Shown: piece after piece, positions 38,581-47,911 of the stretch | How the letters are laid out: each line of letters begins with the position of its first letter | Numbering within the stretch: the first letter of the stretch is position 1 | Assembly (NCBI GenBank): GCA_913045445.1 | Contig: CAJWQP010000006.1 | Span: 1-60,245, forward strand | Direction of reading: 5' to 3' | Source: an uncultured Nitrospina sp. | GTDB lineage: Bacteria; Nitrospinota; Nitrospinia; Nitrospinales; VA-1 | DNA: 60,245 nucleotides | The notes under the pieces: model-generated | Databases searched by the model: none | The model's input: only the letters and a program-made list of their open reading frames with translations | What the model was told of the DNA's origin: nothing | Translations under genes and position numbers: made by a program

Positions 38581-41229
38581 TCAGGAGAGTGCCTGATCAA
38601 TAGTTTCCAAGTGGACATTGAGCCGGGTTTGTTTTTCAGAGAGATTTTGTTTTCTCTGGTTGTCTTTCTCGATAACCTCAGGAGGCGCTTTATCGATGAA
38701 GTTCTTGTTGGAGAGTTTCTTAACTAGAACTATGATATCTTTTTCAATTTTTTTCAACTCTTTTTCTATGCGTTTCTTTTCTTCAGCAAAATCCATCTTG
38801 CCTTCCAGTGAGACAAAGATGTCCATTCCATCGGAAACGGATGAGGCAGAAACCTTCGGTTTCTCCACTTCAGGACCTGATTCAATGAGGTTCACTCGCG
38901 CCAGAGTGTTGATGTAGAGAGAATGAGTCTCCAATATTTCAGCATGTTGAGATTGTTCGGTTCGGATCAGTAGATCGAGATTGAGACCGGGATTCAAATT
39001 CATCTCACCGCGAATATTGCGTACGCAAGTGATGACGTTGATGATTGTGGAAAAAGTTTTTTCCACTTTTTTGTCAGACTTATTTTTTTCGTACTGCGGA
39101 AAATGGGACTCCATGATGCTTCCAGACGCTGAAGGAAGTTTGCTTCGGATTTCTTCTGTTATGAACGGCATGAAAGGATGAAGCAGACGCAAGCTGGCTT
39201 CCAGCACATGGACAAGAATATTCTGGGTTGCTTCCTTATCTCTTTCTCCATACAAATGCGGTTTGGACAGTTCTATAAACCAGTCGCAGTATTCGTTCCA
39301 GATAAATTTGTAGATAGCGGAAGCCGCATCGTTGAATTTGAATTCTTCAAGCGCGTGGTTAACTTCCTTGCAAGCTTCGTTGAAGCGACTGAGAATCCAC
39401 CGATGCGCGGCAGGACGTTCTGTGTTGGAATCCAACTCGCAGGTCCCCTTGTAGTCTTCCAGATTCATCAGAACGAATCGCGAGGCATTCCACAGTTTGT
39501 TGCAAAAGTTTCGGTAACCTTCGATACGTTCTTCGGCCAGTTTGATATCCCGGCCCTGGGCCGCGAATGCCGCCAATGTGAAGCGAAGGGCATCGGTGCC
39601 ATATTTATCCATCATGACCAGTGGGTTGATTACGTTTCCCTTGGTCTTGCTCATCTTCTGGCCTTCGGCATCCCGGATCAGCGCATGGATGTAGACGTCA
39701 CGGAAGGGGACCTCATCCATAAACTTGATTCCCATCATAATCATTCTCGCGACCCAGAAGAAGATGATGTCGAATCCGGTACAAAGCACAGAAGTGGGAT
39801 AAAACTTTTTCAAGGTTTGGGTTTGCTCGGGCCAGCCCAGAGTTGAAAAAGGCCACAGAGCGGAACTGAACCAGGTGTCGAGCACGTCACTTTCCTGAAT
39901 GAGATCACCCGCGCCGCAATGAGAACAAGTAGCAGGGATTTCTCGAGCCACGGTCATTTTCTGACAGGCTTGACAATTCCACGCCGGAATCTGGTGTCCC
40001 CACCAGATCTGTCTCGATATACACCAGTCGCGGATATTTTCCATCCAATCGAAATAGGTGTTTTCCCAGAACTTTGGAGTGATGCGGATGGAACCATTTT
40101 TAACAGCCTCAACCGCCGGTTCGGCCAGCGGCCTGGCTTTGACAAACCATTGTTTGGACACATAAGGCTCAACCACGGTGTGACATCGGTAACAATGGCC
40201 TACCGAATGCATGTGATTGTCGACTTTTGCCAGCAGATCCTGCTCCTTAAGATCTTCGATCAGTTGCTTTCGGCAGACAAAACGGTCCATTCCTTTATAG
40301 GCGGAACCTGCTTCATCGTTCATGGTGCCATCTGGGTTCATCACATTAATTAAATCGAGGTTGTGACGGCGTCCCAGTTCAAAATCGTTAGGGTCATGTG
40401 CGGGCGTAACTTTCAGCGCTCCTGACCCGAAAGAGGTATCGACATAATTATCGCCAATGAGCGGAAGTTCACGGCCCAGGATGGGAAGGATGAGTGTTTC
40501 TCCAATTTTGTTTTTATAGCGTTCATCTTCAGGATTCACCGCGATGGCGGTATCGCCCAGCAAAGTTTCAGGACGAGTTGTCGCGATGGTCAATGAGTCT
40601 TCGCTGTTTTTAAATTGATATTTGATGTTGTACAGATGTCCCTGAGTGTCCTTATGCTCTACTTCCAGATCGGAGAGGGCGGTATGACAGCGAGGACACC
40701 AGTTGATGATGTAATCCCCCTTATAGATTAAACCTTCGTCGTAAAGAGAAACAAAAACCTCTCGCACGGCTTTGGAAAGCCCGTCATCCATCGTGAAACG
40801 ATCCCGTTCCCAGTCGAGGGATGCGCCCAGTTTGCCCAGTTGGTGGTTGATAGCACCGCCCGATTCATCACGCCATTTCCAGACGCGCTTGACAAACTCT
40901 TCACGTCCCAACTCTTGTCGGGTCGTATTCTCACCGTGCAGTTGACGTTCGACCACGTTTTGAGTGGCGATGCCCGCATGGTCGGTTCCCGGCTGCCATA
41001 AAGCGGCGAAACCCTGCATACGTTTCCAGCGGATCAGGATATCCTGAAGCGTGCTGTTGAAAGCATGTCCGATGTGCAGTGTTCCCGTAATATTTGGCGG
41101 CGGGATGACTATTGAAAACGGGACTTTGGTTGACGTTTCATCGCCGTGATGCAAGCGGTTGTCTTCCCAGTATTTGCCCCAGCGCTCTTCAACTTCTTTC
41201 GGGCTGTAAATTTTTTCTAATTGATCCAC
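38581..41229 (-). CDS. valS: Valine--tRNA ligase
   Basis: PPPNITG.LHIGH, DWCISRQ.WWGH, DVLDTWFSS, KMSKT, C-terminal coiled coil. Confidence 0.99.
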   Translation of the reverse strand: MDQLEKIYSPKEVEERWGKYWEDNRLHHGDETSTKVPFSIVIPPPNITGTLHIGHAFNSTLQDILIRWKRMQGFAALWQPGTDHAGIATQNVVERQLHGENTTRQELGREEFVKRVWKWRDESGGAINHQLGKLGASLDWERDRFTMDDGLSKAVREVFVSLYDEGLIYKGDYIINWCPRCHTALSDLEVEHKDTQGHLYNIKYQFKNSEDSLTIATTRPETLLGDTAIAVNPEDERYKNKIGETLILPILGRELPLIGDNYVDTSFGSGALKVTPAHDPNDFELGRRHNLDLINVMNPDGTMNDEAGSAYKGMDRFVCRKQLIEDLKEQDLLAKVDNHMHSVGHCYRCHTVVEPYVSKQWFVKARPLAEPAVEAVKNGSIRITPKFWENTYFDWMENIRDWCISRQIWWGHQIPAWNCQACQKMTVAREIPATCSHCGAGDLIQESDVLDTWFSSALWPFSTLGWPEQTQTLKKFYPTSVLCTGFDIIFFWVARMIMMGIKFMDEVPFRDVYIHALIRDAEGQKMSKTKGNVINPLVMMDKYGTDALRFTLAAFAAQGRDIKLAEERIEGYRNFCNKLWNASRFVLMNLEDYKGTCELDSNTERPAAHRWILSRFNEACKEVNHALEEFKFNDAASAIYKFIWNEYCDWFIELSKPHLYGERDKEATQNILVHVLEASLRLLHPFMPFITEEIRSKLPSASGSIMESHFPQYEKNKSDKKVEKTFSTIINVITCVRNIRGEMNLNPGLNLDLLIRTEQSQHAEILETHSLYINTLARVNLIESGPEVEKPKVSASSVSDGMDIFVSLEGKMDFAEEKKRIEKELKKIEKDIIVLVKKLSNKNFIDKAPPEVIEKDNQRKQNLSEKQTRLNVHLETIDQALS

Positions 41230-41382
41230 GATTGATTAAAAATTCCATGGAAACCCCTTTCCAAAAAGGAATCGGGAAATAATAAAACAGTACGCGGTGG
41301 CCTCCACCGTGCAGGATATATAAAAATAAAATGAATTTCGATTTTTAGAAAGAGACTGGATCGGAGGAACGGCTGGCGTTTC

Positions 41383-42699
41383 TCATACTTTTTTGATCTT
41401 GTCGATTTCTTCTTTAATGATCTCTCGCGCAATCTGTGGAGTGATTTCTCGAACTACCTCCCGCACTGACTGGGTGATGCTTTCGGAGAGTCCTGCAATT
41501 TCCTCTTCAATGGAAGTATGAAGTGAGTTTTCCAGAATGTGTTTGACGTGTTCGCCAACGACCCTGACGAAGTGCTCATCTTCCGTATCCACAGATCCGG
41601 AAAAACTTTTTAAGTGTTCATTTCTATGCGATGCCATAGCTCGGTGACTTTTCGGTTCCAGAGATGCTTGCGATAGATAAGAGAGACTTTCCTGAATCAG
41701 GTTCGGACCTGATATGCCCTTCTTTCGGGCCAGCGCCGAGGGAGTCATTTTTTCCAATAAATCCTCCGGCTCGGGAATGATGTTGTCCACCACAACCGAG
41801 GGGTCAGCTATTGGCTCTTGCCTGATACCTGGAGCCTCTACGGATTCTTCTCCCGATCCAAAGTTTACTATTTCTTGAAAGACTGTGTCCAGTTCTTCAC
41901 CGATTTCATCTTCTTCCGTGGGAGCCACTTCGCTCAACTCCTCGTACTCTGAATGGACGTCTACAGGTTCGGTCATGTCTTTGAGCGATTCGACACCTTT
42001 GATCATTTCATCAAGGGCATCTTCTTCCTTTGGCGGTGATATATCATCATCCTGCGTCAACTCGGTTGCCGGGGCCGACTTAACGATTTCGTCTGCGGCT
42101 GGCTCGATAACTTCGGTGACTTCATTTTTTTGTCCAATCACATCGTCAGCCGAAAGTTCAACAGTGGCTTCAGCTGGTTCAACGGCTTCAATCATGTCCG
42201 CCTCGGAGAGATCGAAGACAGGGTCTCCTTCCTCAACCACGCTGTCAGCCGAAAGTTCAACAGCGGCTTCGGCAGGTTCAATAGCTTCATCCATGTCCGC
42301 CGGAGAAAGTTCTACCGCCGTTTCTGCGGAGTCCTTCGAAATCAAATCAACGACCTTTTTTACGATATCGTCCGATTTGAAAGGTTTTAAAATATGATCG
42401 TCCGCGCCAGACTCATTAAACAAACTTTCGTTGAAATCTTCAAAGTCACTGGCGAGCAAAAGCACCTTGACAGAATCAAATTCAGGATCGGCTTTAATTT
42501 TTTTGGACAACTCAAACCCTGTCAGGCCAGGCATATCGACATCTGCCAGCACGATATCAGGATTGAAATCGCCTATTCTCTCGAACGCCTCTTTCCCATT
42601 ACTGATGCCCTCTACTACAGTACCTTCTTTTTCAAAGGCCATAGCGACGATATTCTGGATAGTGATGCTGTCATCTGCGACCAGGATTTTTTTTGCCAT
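41383..42699 (-). CDS. RomR-like response regulator (receiver, acidic linker, helical C-terminal motif)
   Basis: Receiver ILVADDS...LADVDMPG...KPF; long D/E-rich linker; C-terminus VREVVREITPQIAREIIKEEIDKI; directly upstream of valS. Confidence 0.75.
   Translation of the reverse strand: MAKKILVADDSITIQNIVAMAFEKEGTVVEGISNGKEAFERIGDFNPDIVLADVDMPGLTGFELSKKIKADPEFDSVKVLLLASDFEDFNESLFNESGADDHILKPFKSDDIVKKVVDLISKDSAETAVELSPADMDEAIEPAEAAVELSADSVVEEGDPVFDLSEADMIEAVEPAEATVELSADDVIGQKNEVTEVIEPAADEIVKSAPATELTQDDDISPPKEEDALDEMIKGVESLKDMTEPVDVHSEYEELSEVAPTEEDEIGEELDTVFQEIVNFGSGEESVEAPGIRQEPIADPSVVVDNIIPEPEDLLEKMTPSALARKKGISGPNLIQESLSYLSQASLEPKSHRAMASHRNEHLKSFSGSVDTEDEHFVRVVGEHVKHILENSLHTSIEEEIAGLSESITQSVREVVREITPQIAREIIKEEIDKIKKV
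42145..42301. repeat. Intragenic direct repeat with a 99-bp (33-aa) period in the response regulator linker
   Basis: 42145-42202 and 42244-42301 are imperfect copies encoding ADM.EA.EPAEA.VELSAD; a partial third copy (AETAVELS) is adjacent. Confidence 0.85.
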
Positions 42700-42988
42700 T
42701 GGAGGTTTTCCTTCACGAAGCCTGTGGAATGAAAAACAGGTTTTGCACTTGGCTTATCGACTGTGGAACATGCGGAAGGGGACTCGTTTATAAAAATTCC
42801 TCATCAAGTATAGCATAGTTCCAAAAACCAAATCAAACATTGAGGTCTGGTGAGTTTCCTCAAACGAGCAAAGGGTTCCAGTTATGGACAGTTTTCATAA
42901 GCTGCCTCCCCTATGCCTCTGTATGAATAAATGATACCATGTTTTCAGAGTCCATTATGAGATTCTGGGTAACTATAACCTGGAGCAA

Positions 42989-44953
42989 GTGGATCATGAG
43001 GAATTGAGAGTGAATTATCATTCAGCACATGAGTCTCTCCAGAAGACGAAGCCTGTAATTTGGGTCGGGGCATTGGTGTTTCTGTTGACGACGGCAGGCA
43101 CGGCGTTCGCCGGATTCATACAACTGGACGGGGTTGCCGACGTTAAAACCCGATTCAGCCGCGGGTGTTCTACTATGCAGGAAGTAACCGAGCTGGCTCG
43201 TGCTAGGTCAATAGATGTGGTTGTTTTCGGCGATCAGGCTCGCGATGCTCTGGAATACGGGTTGGTTCCATTCGAACATATTATCAAGATACGAAATGAA
43301 AACTCATCTGTGCTTACTGTGGGCGCACCGGCCTACGTCTCGGAAGTTAATGACAACGACAAACAGTTTGAAGAGACCCTTCTCATTCCCGGAACAGAGG
43401 TCGCTCCATTTTACTATTGGACTGGAAATGTTTTCAAAGGCGACCTTGTCGCTAATAATTTAGACAAACATCTCTTTGTCGTTGGATTCGAGGCACCTGA
43501 AGTTTATGAGCAGCTACCTATCCTGGACAGTAATTTTTCTCAGCGTTACCTGAAGCGACACCAGTATTTTTTCGGTGGATGTGTCGCGCTTTTTCTATTG
43601 TCCCTCGTTCCGGTGGTTAAAGGATATAAGAGAAAAATCACAGGGGTGGTGGCAGGCATTATGTTTCTTCTTGTCGTCAGCAACCAGCCATTGCGAAGTT
43701 CTCCTTTTAGCCAGTATGGCGGCGATCTGGGTGCCCAACCTTATCAGGAATTGATTGATTATGTAAATGAGAATGGCGGACTGGTTTTCTGGAATCATAT
43801 GGAAGCGGATGATGGAGCAAGGCAGGAAGGACGAGTGGGTTACAACACGATGCCGCATCCCGAAGACCTCGTGCTGACTTCCGGGTATACCGGTTTTCAG
43901 TCAGTCGCAGATTTTCCGATCATGCAAATCGAACCTGGCAACGAGTGGGATCATGTATTGGGTGAGTATCTTCAAGGCCAGCGGGAAAAGCCGGCGTGGG
44001 GGTATGGCGGGAATAATTATTTATGCGAGGATGGCGAAACCAAGCTCGGTGACATTCGAACTGTATTCCTGGTCCGGGAAAAATCACGGGACAATGTACT
44101 CGATGCCCTGGCAAGCGGACGGATGTACGCTGTGCGCCAGAAGGGTGACGAACGACTCTCTCTCGATGATTTCACCGTGACCGATGTTAAGTCGGGGCAG
44201 ATGGCGGCCATGGGTGAGGAACTAACCTCAAGCGATTTTCCTGAGTTGAAGGCCAGGCTCCGCTTCACAAAAGGAACCGCACAAACCGTTCGTCTGTCCA
44301 TCATTCGTAATGGAGTGGAAGTAAAGCAAGAGACAGCGGCGCTTCCTTATGAACTGACCTGGCGGGATGTGGGTGTGAACAGGGAAGAAGGGCCCGTGTT
44401 TTACCGACTCAAGGTGGAAGCGGATGAAGCAAACTATCTGGTGTCTAATCCGATCTTTGTCCGCTTTGGTAAAGGAATGTCCGATCAGGTAGCGTCACTT
44501 CCGCAAAGCACGACCAAGAAATTGAGTATGGTCGAGCCTGTTAAACCCAAAGTGCAATCGTCGCAAAGACCCGATGCTCCATCGGCAAAACCTCCCGGCA
44601 AACCGGATCAGGATAAAGTGGCTCGTCCATTGGCAAGTCCGTCCAAACCTGAAATCAGGATACAGCCTCCCAGTTTAAGTCCACCAGCAGTAAAACAGCC
44701 CACCGCTCCTGCAGTGAAGGTGCCATCGGTTCCGGAAATAGCCGGTCAGCAATCGGTGGTCGCGAAAATAAATGGGGTTTCCTTGAAGACGGGTCCCGGT
44801 CCTAAATTTCCCGAGGTGGGGAAATTGAAAAAAGGTGATCGCTTGCCCCTGATCCGAAGCACCACCGTCAAATTTAACGGCAAGCCCTGGCTCGCGGTCG
44901 ATGCGGGTGGGCGCAAAGCCTACGTCTGGAGTGGACTGGTCACTACCGAGTAA
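42989..44953 (+). CDS. Membrane-anchored PHP-like protein with a Pro-rich linker and C-terminal SH3-like domain
   Basis: Signal peptide; PHP-like GV.D.KT.FS.G, IPGTE, FWNH, ALASGRMYA; two internal TM helices; P/K/A-rich linker; LKTGPG..F..VG.LKKG...W.....AYVW (SH3b); start uncertain. Confidence 0.65.
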   Translation: MDHEELRVNYHSAHESLQKTKPVIWVGALVFLLTTAGTAFAGFIQLDGVADVKTRFSRGCSTMQEVTELARARSIDVVVFGDQARDALEYGLVPFEHIIKIRNENSSVLTVGAPAYVSEVNDNDKQFEETLLIPGTEVAPFYYWTGNVFKGDLVANNLDKHLFVVGFEAPEVYEQLPILDSNFSQRYLKRHQYFFGGCVALFLLSLVPVVKGYKRKITGVVAGIMFLLVVSNQPLRSSPFSQYGGDLGAQPYQELIDYVNENGGLVFWNHMEADDGARQEGRVGYNTMPHPEDLVLTSGYTGFQSVADFPIMQIEPGNEWDHVLGEYLQGQREKPAWGYGGNNYLCEDGETKLGDIRTVFLVREKSRDNVLDALASGRMYAVRQKGDERLSLDDFTVTDVKSGQMAAMGEELTSSDFPELKARLRFTKGTAQTVRLSIIRNGVEVKQETAALPYELTWRDVGVNREEGPVFYRLKVEADEANYLVSNPIFVRFGKGMSDQVASLPQSTTKKLSMVEPVKPKVQSSQRPDAPSAKPPGKPDQDKVARPLASPSKPEIRIQPPSLSPPAVKQPTAPAVKVPSVPEIAGQQSVVAKINGVSLKTGPGPKFPEVGKLKKGDRLPLIRSTTVKFNGKPWLAVDAGGRKAYVWSGLVTTE

Positions 44954-44981
44954 ATTTCACGAGTTCCCACGCCATACGCAT

Positions 44982-45527
44982 TCAGGAATATTCATTAACG
45001 GATCGGCCCTTGTCCACCCGGTATAGAAACAGGTTTTTATCCTCATTGACTTTGATGGGTTCCATGTTGCGGATGCAGAACCGGTAACAGACGATCCGCG
45101 CCGAAGGCTTCATCCGGTCCAGAATTTCCGGGAACAGCTGGTCCAGTGCCTGATGGGTGAGATAGAGGTAGATGATGTCTGCTTCGCTTACATCGAAATC
45201 GTATATATTCCCCCGATGAATTTGCACCTTGTCTGTCAGCTCCGCCGCTGTTACAAAAATTCTTGAAAGCCAGACTTTGATCGGGTCAATCTCCACCCCA
45301 GTGCCCCGCACACATTTTTCGCGTGTGGCGCCGATCAGGACGCGCCCGTCTCCCGATCCAAGATCATAGAACTTCTCACCGGGTTGAAGGTCGGCAAAAT
45401 TTATAATCCGCTCAATATTTTCGTCCGACAAAGGGTGCCAGGGCGCACCAAAAAATACCGGCAAAATAACCATCGCCGCCAGTAAAAGGACAAATGCGAT
45501 AAATAAAATGCTAACAACGGAAAGCAT
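44982..45527 (-). CDS. Class I SAM-dependent methyltransferase with N-terminal TM anchor
   Basis: GAPW.P, YDLGSGDGR, GVEIDP, ADIIYLYL. Confidence 0.88.
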   Translation of the reverse strand: MLSVVSILFIAFVLLLAAMVILPVFFGAPWHPLSDENIERIINFADLQPGEKFYDLGSGDGRVLIGATREKCVRGTGVEIDPIKVWLSRIFVTAAELTDKVQIHRGNIYDFDVSEADIIYLYLTHQALDQLFPEILDRMKPSARIVCYRFCIRNMEPIKVNEDKNLFLYRVDKGRSVNEYS

Positions 45528-45846
45528 TAATATAAACCTTCAAAAAGAAAGGGTGTCTTGTGGATGGTTTTCAAATTTTGGGAAGAAAACTCCAATAATT
45601 AAGAATGATAAGGGGCCTGTCAATTGGTTGCCAACAATAAAAAAAGTTTCTTTGTCTTTTCCGCACAATTCCATTAAATACTTTTCTTTCATCACCGGCA
45701 GTATACAGAACTGTTTTTTTCATTGGATTTGCCTCGTTGGCGACATATAAGACCATAATAATCAAAGTGTTAATGCCTAGGTCATGCTCTATCACTTAAA
45801 TGGTGAAATGACACCAAAAATTTTGTAACTTCATCAAATTATTGGC

Positions 45847-47793
45847 TTATTTATAGGTTTCAGCCTGATCGATTTTGGTTGAGAGCTTGTCCCACTCTTC
45901 TGTCAGTGATTTTTCTTCATTGGCTAACTCTGTTTGCTGGCTCAGAGCTTCCATGAGTTGAGGTTTGTTCACCGATTCGTAGATAGCGGATTCGGCGAGT
46001 TTCTCTTCCACTGCCGCTTTTTCCGCCAGCACTTCTTCCAATCGCGCTTCGACTTTTTGCAGACGCGATTTCAGCGGTTTAATAATTTTATGTTTCCTGT
46101 TTCTGTCCTCGGCTTCACGGCGTTTGCGGTCACGCTCCAACTGATTCGTGGATATTGAAGTTTCCTGAGTTACTTTAGTCGGATTCAACAACGCGGCCTC
46201 TGCCTCCTTGCTTTTGGCCATTTCATATTCGCTGTAGTTGCCGATATATTGGAGTACCTTGCCTTCGTTGACCTCCCATACCCGATTGATGAATCCATCA
46301 AGAAAATATCTGTCGTGAGAAATAACGCAAAGTGTGCCCTCGTAATCAGACAGCGCGGCGGCGAGCACTTCACAGGATCGCATGTCAAGATGATTGGTGG
46401 GTTCGTCTAATAGTAATAATGATGCGGGTGATGCCAGCATGCGGGCAAGAGACAGCCGGGACCGCTCACCGCCGGACAAGACACTTACCTTTTTGTCCAC
46501 ATCATCACCAGAAAACAAAAAGGATCCCAGGATCGTACGCACCTGAGTTCGCAAAAGATTTTGCGGCAGTCCGTCCATCGATTCGAGAACTGTTTTGTGA
46601 GAATCGAGTGAGTCCGATTGATGTTGAGCGTAATAGGCGCGGGATACGTTATGGCCCGGATGGATTTCTCCGGCATCGTGATCGATGATTCCCGCCAGCA
46701 GTTTCATGAGTGTTGATTTCCCCGCGCCATTTTCACCCACAAGAGCGATTTTCCATCCACGTTCAATCGTGATGGAAAAGTTCTGATAGACATCAACATC
46801 GCCATAACTTTTAGCTACATTTTTCAATTCCATGGAAATACGCCCGGTGCGAGCGGGTTGGGGAAATCGGAAGCTCACTGTTTTGGTGCGGGACATTGTT
46901 TCAACACGTTCCATTTTGTCGAGCATCTTGATTCGGCTTTGCACTTGCGTTGCTTTGGTGTTCTTGGCGCGGAAGCGTTCGACAAAGCGTTCAATTTCGC
47001 TGATCCGCCGTTGCTGGTTCGCCGCTTCCGATTCGAGCTGAACTTCCCGGTCCTGTTTCAGCCGTTCGTAGTCATCGTAATTCCCTGAGTAACAAGTCAG
47101 CGTCCCCCGGTCGAGTTCAGCGATGCGTGTGACGAGACTATTGAGGAATCTGCGGTCATGAGAGATGAGGAGGAGACTGCCGCCGTAGCTTTTTAAAAAT
47201 CCTTCCAGCCATTCGACCGACTTAAGATCGAAATGATTGGTCGGTTCATCGAGTAAAAGGACATCCGGATTTCTAAGTAGTAGCCGCGCCATTTCAACCC
47301 GCATGCGCCATCCACCGGAAAATTCCTTGAGAGGTTTTCTGATTTTGTCTTCACTGAATCCTAGCCCTGAAAGAATGGCGCAGGCTTTGGGCTCGCGTTC
47401 GTAGCCGTTCATACGCTCGAAAGCATGTTGGAGAACTCCATAACGTGAAAGCGTTTCCTCGTCATGAGAATCGGAGCGCATTTTTTCTTCCACTTCATCC
47501 AATTCCTTACGGATGGCTTGCAAGTGATCGTCTCCTGAAACCACCCGTTCCAGAACCGATCCGCCGAAATCATCCAGTTCCTGTTCGAGGGTTGCCGCTT
47601 GCGCTCCTTTTCGAAGTACGACTTGTCCGGAGTCCGCCGACTGGTTTTGCGTTATGATGCGGAACAAAGTGGTTTTGCCCATGCCGTTTTCACCAACGAG
47701 TCCCACACGCTCGTTAGGACGCAAGTGAAAGTTGGCGTCTTTCAGGATTATTTTAGGGCCAAATTGTTTGTTCAGATTTTGTAAATAAATCAT
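45847..47793 (-). CDS. ABC-F family ATPase (ribosome-associated)
   Basis: Two NBDs (GENGMGKT, FSGGW, DEPTNH; GENGAGKS, LSGGE, DEPTNH); no TM; coiled-coil tail. Confidence 0.95.
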   Translation of the reverse strand: MIYLQNLNKQFGPKIILKDANFHLRPNERVGLVGENGMGKTTLFRIITQNQSADSGQVVLRKGAQAATLEQELDDFGGSVLERVVSGDDHLQAIRKELDEVEEKMRSDSHDEETLSRYGVLQHAFERMNGYEREPKACAILSGLGFSEDKIRKPLKEFSGGWRMRVEMARLLLRNPDVLLLDEPTNHFDLKSVEWLEGFLKSYGGSLLLISHDRRFLNSLVTRIAELDRGTLTCYSGNYDDYERLKQDREVQLESEAANQQRRISEIERFVERFRAKNTKATQVQSRIKMLDKMERVETMSRTKTVSFRFPQPARTGRISMELKNVAKSYGDVDVYQNFSITIERGWKIALVGENGAGKSTLMKLLAGIIDHDAGEIHPGHNVSRAYYAQHQSDSLDSHKTVLESMDGLPQNLLRTQVRTILGSFLFSGDDVDKKVSVLSGGERSRLSLARMLASPASLLLLDEPTNHLDMRSCEVLAAALSDYEGTLCVISHDRYFLDGFINRVWEVNEGKVLQYIGNYSEYEMAKSKEAEAALLNPTKVTQETSISTNQLERDRKRREAEDRNRKHKIIKPLKSRLQKVEARLEEVLAEKAAVEEKLAESAIYESVNKPQLMEALSQQTELANEEKSLTEEWDKLSTKIDQAETYK

Positions 47794-47815
47794 AACGAAT
47801 TTTCAGTGAAAAAAA

Positions 47816-47881
47816 CTATGCCCCGGTTTTTAGTTTTGGGTTAAACGCTTCGCGCAGTCCCTCACCACATAAGTTGAATGC
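47816..47881 (-). pseudogene. Relic duplicate of the ABC permease 3' end (AFNLCGEGLREAFNPKLKTGA*)
   Basis: 47832-47881 matches 47928-47977 at 41 of 50 nt, all differences synonymous; the relic has its own TAG stop. Confidence 0.85.
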
Positions 47882-47911
47882 TCGTGCCACACGGATTTGC
47901 GCTGGCAAGGA

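Noticed and set aside
41230-41382. T-box leader before valS
   Set aside because: No T-box consensus and the gap is too short; only a small hairpin (cggtgg/ccaccg) is present.
45528-45846. AT-rich gap with 74-80 aa ORFs
   Set aside because: No SD, motifs or recognisable repeat structure.
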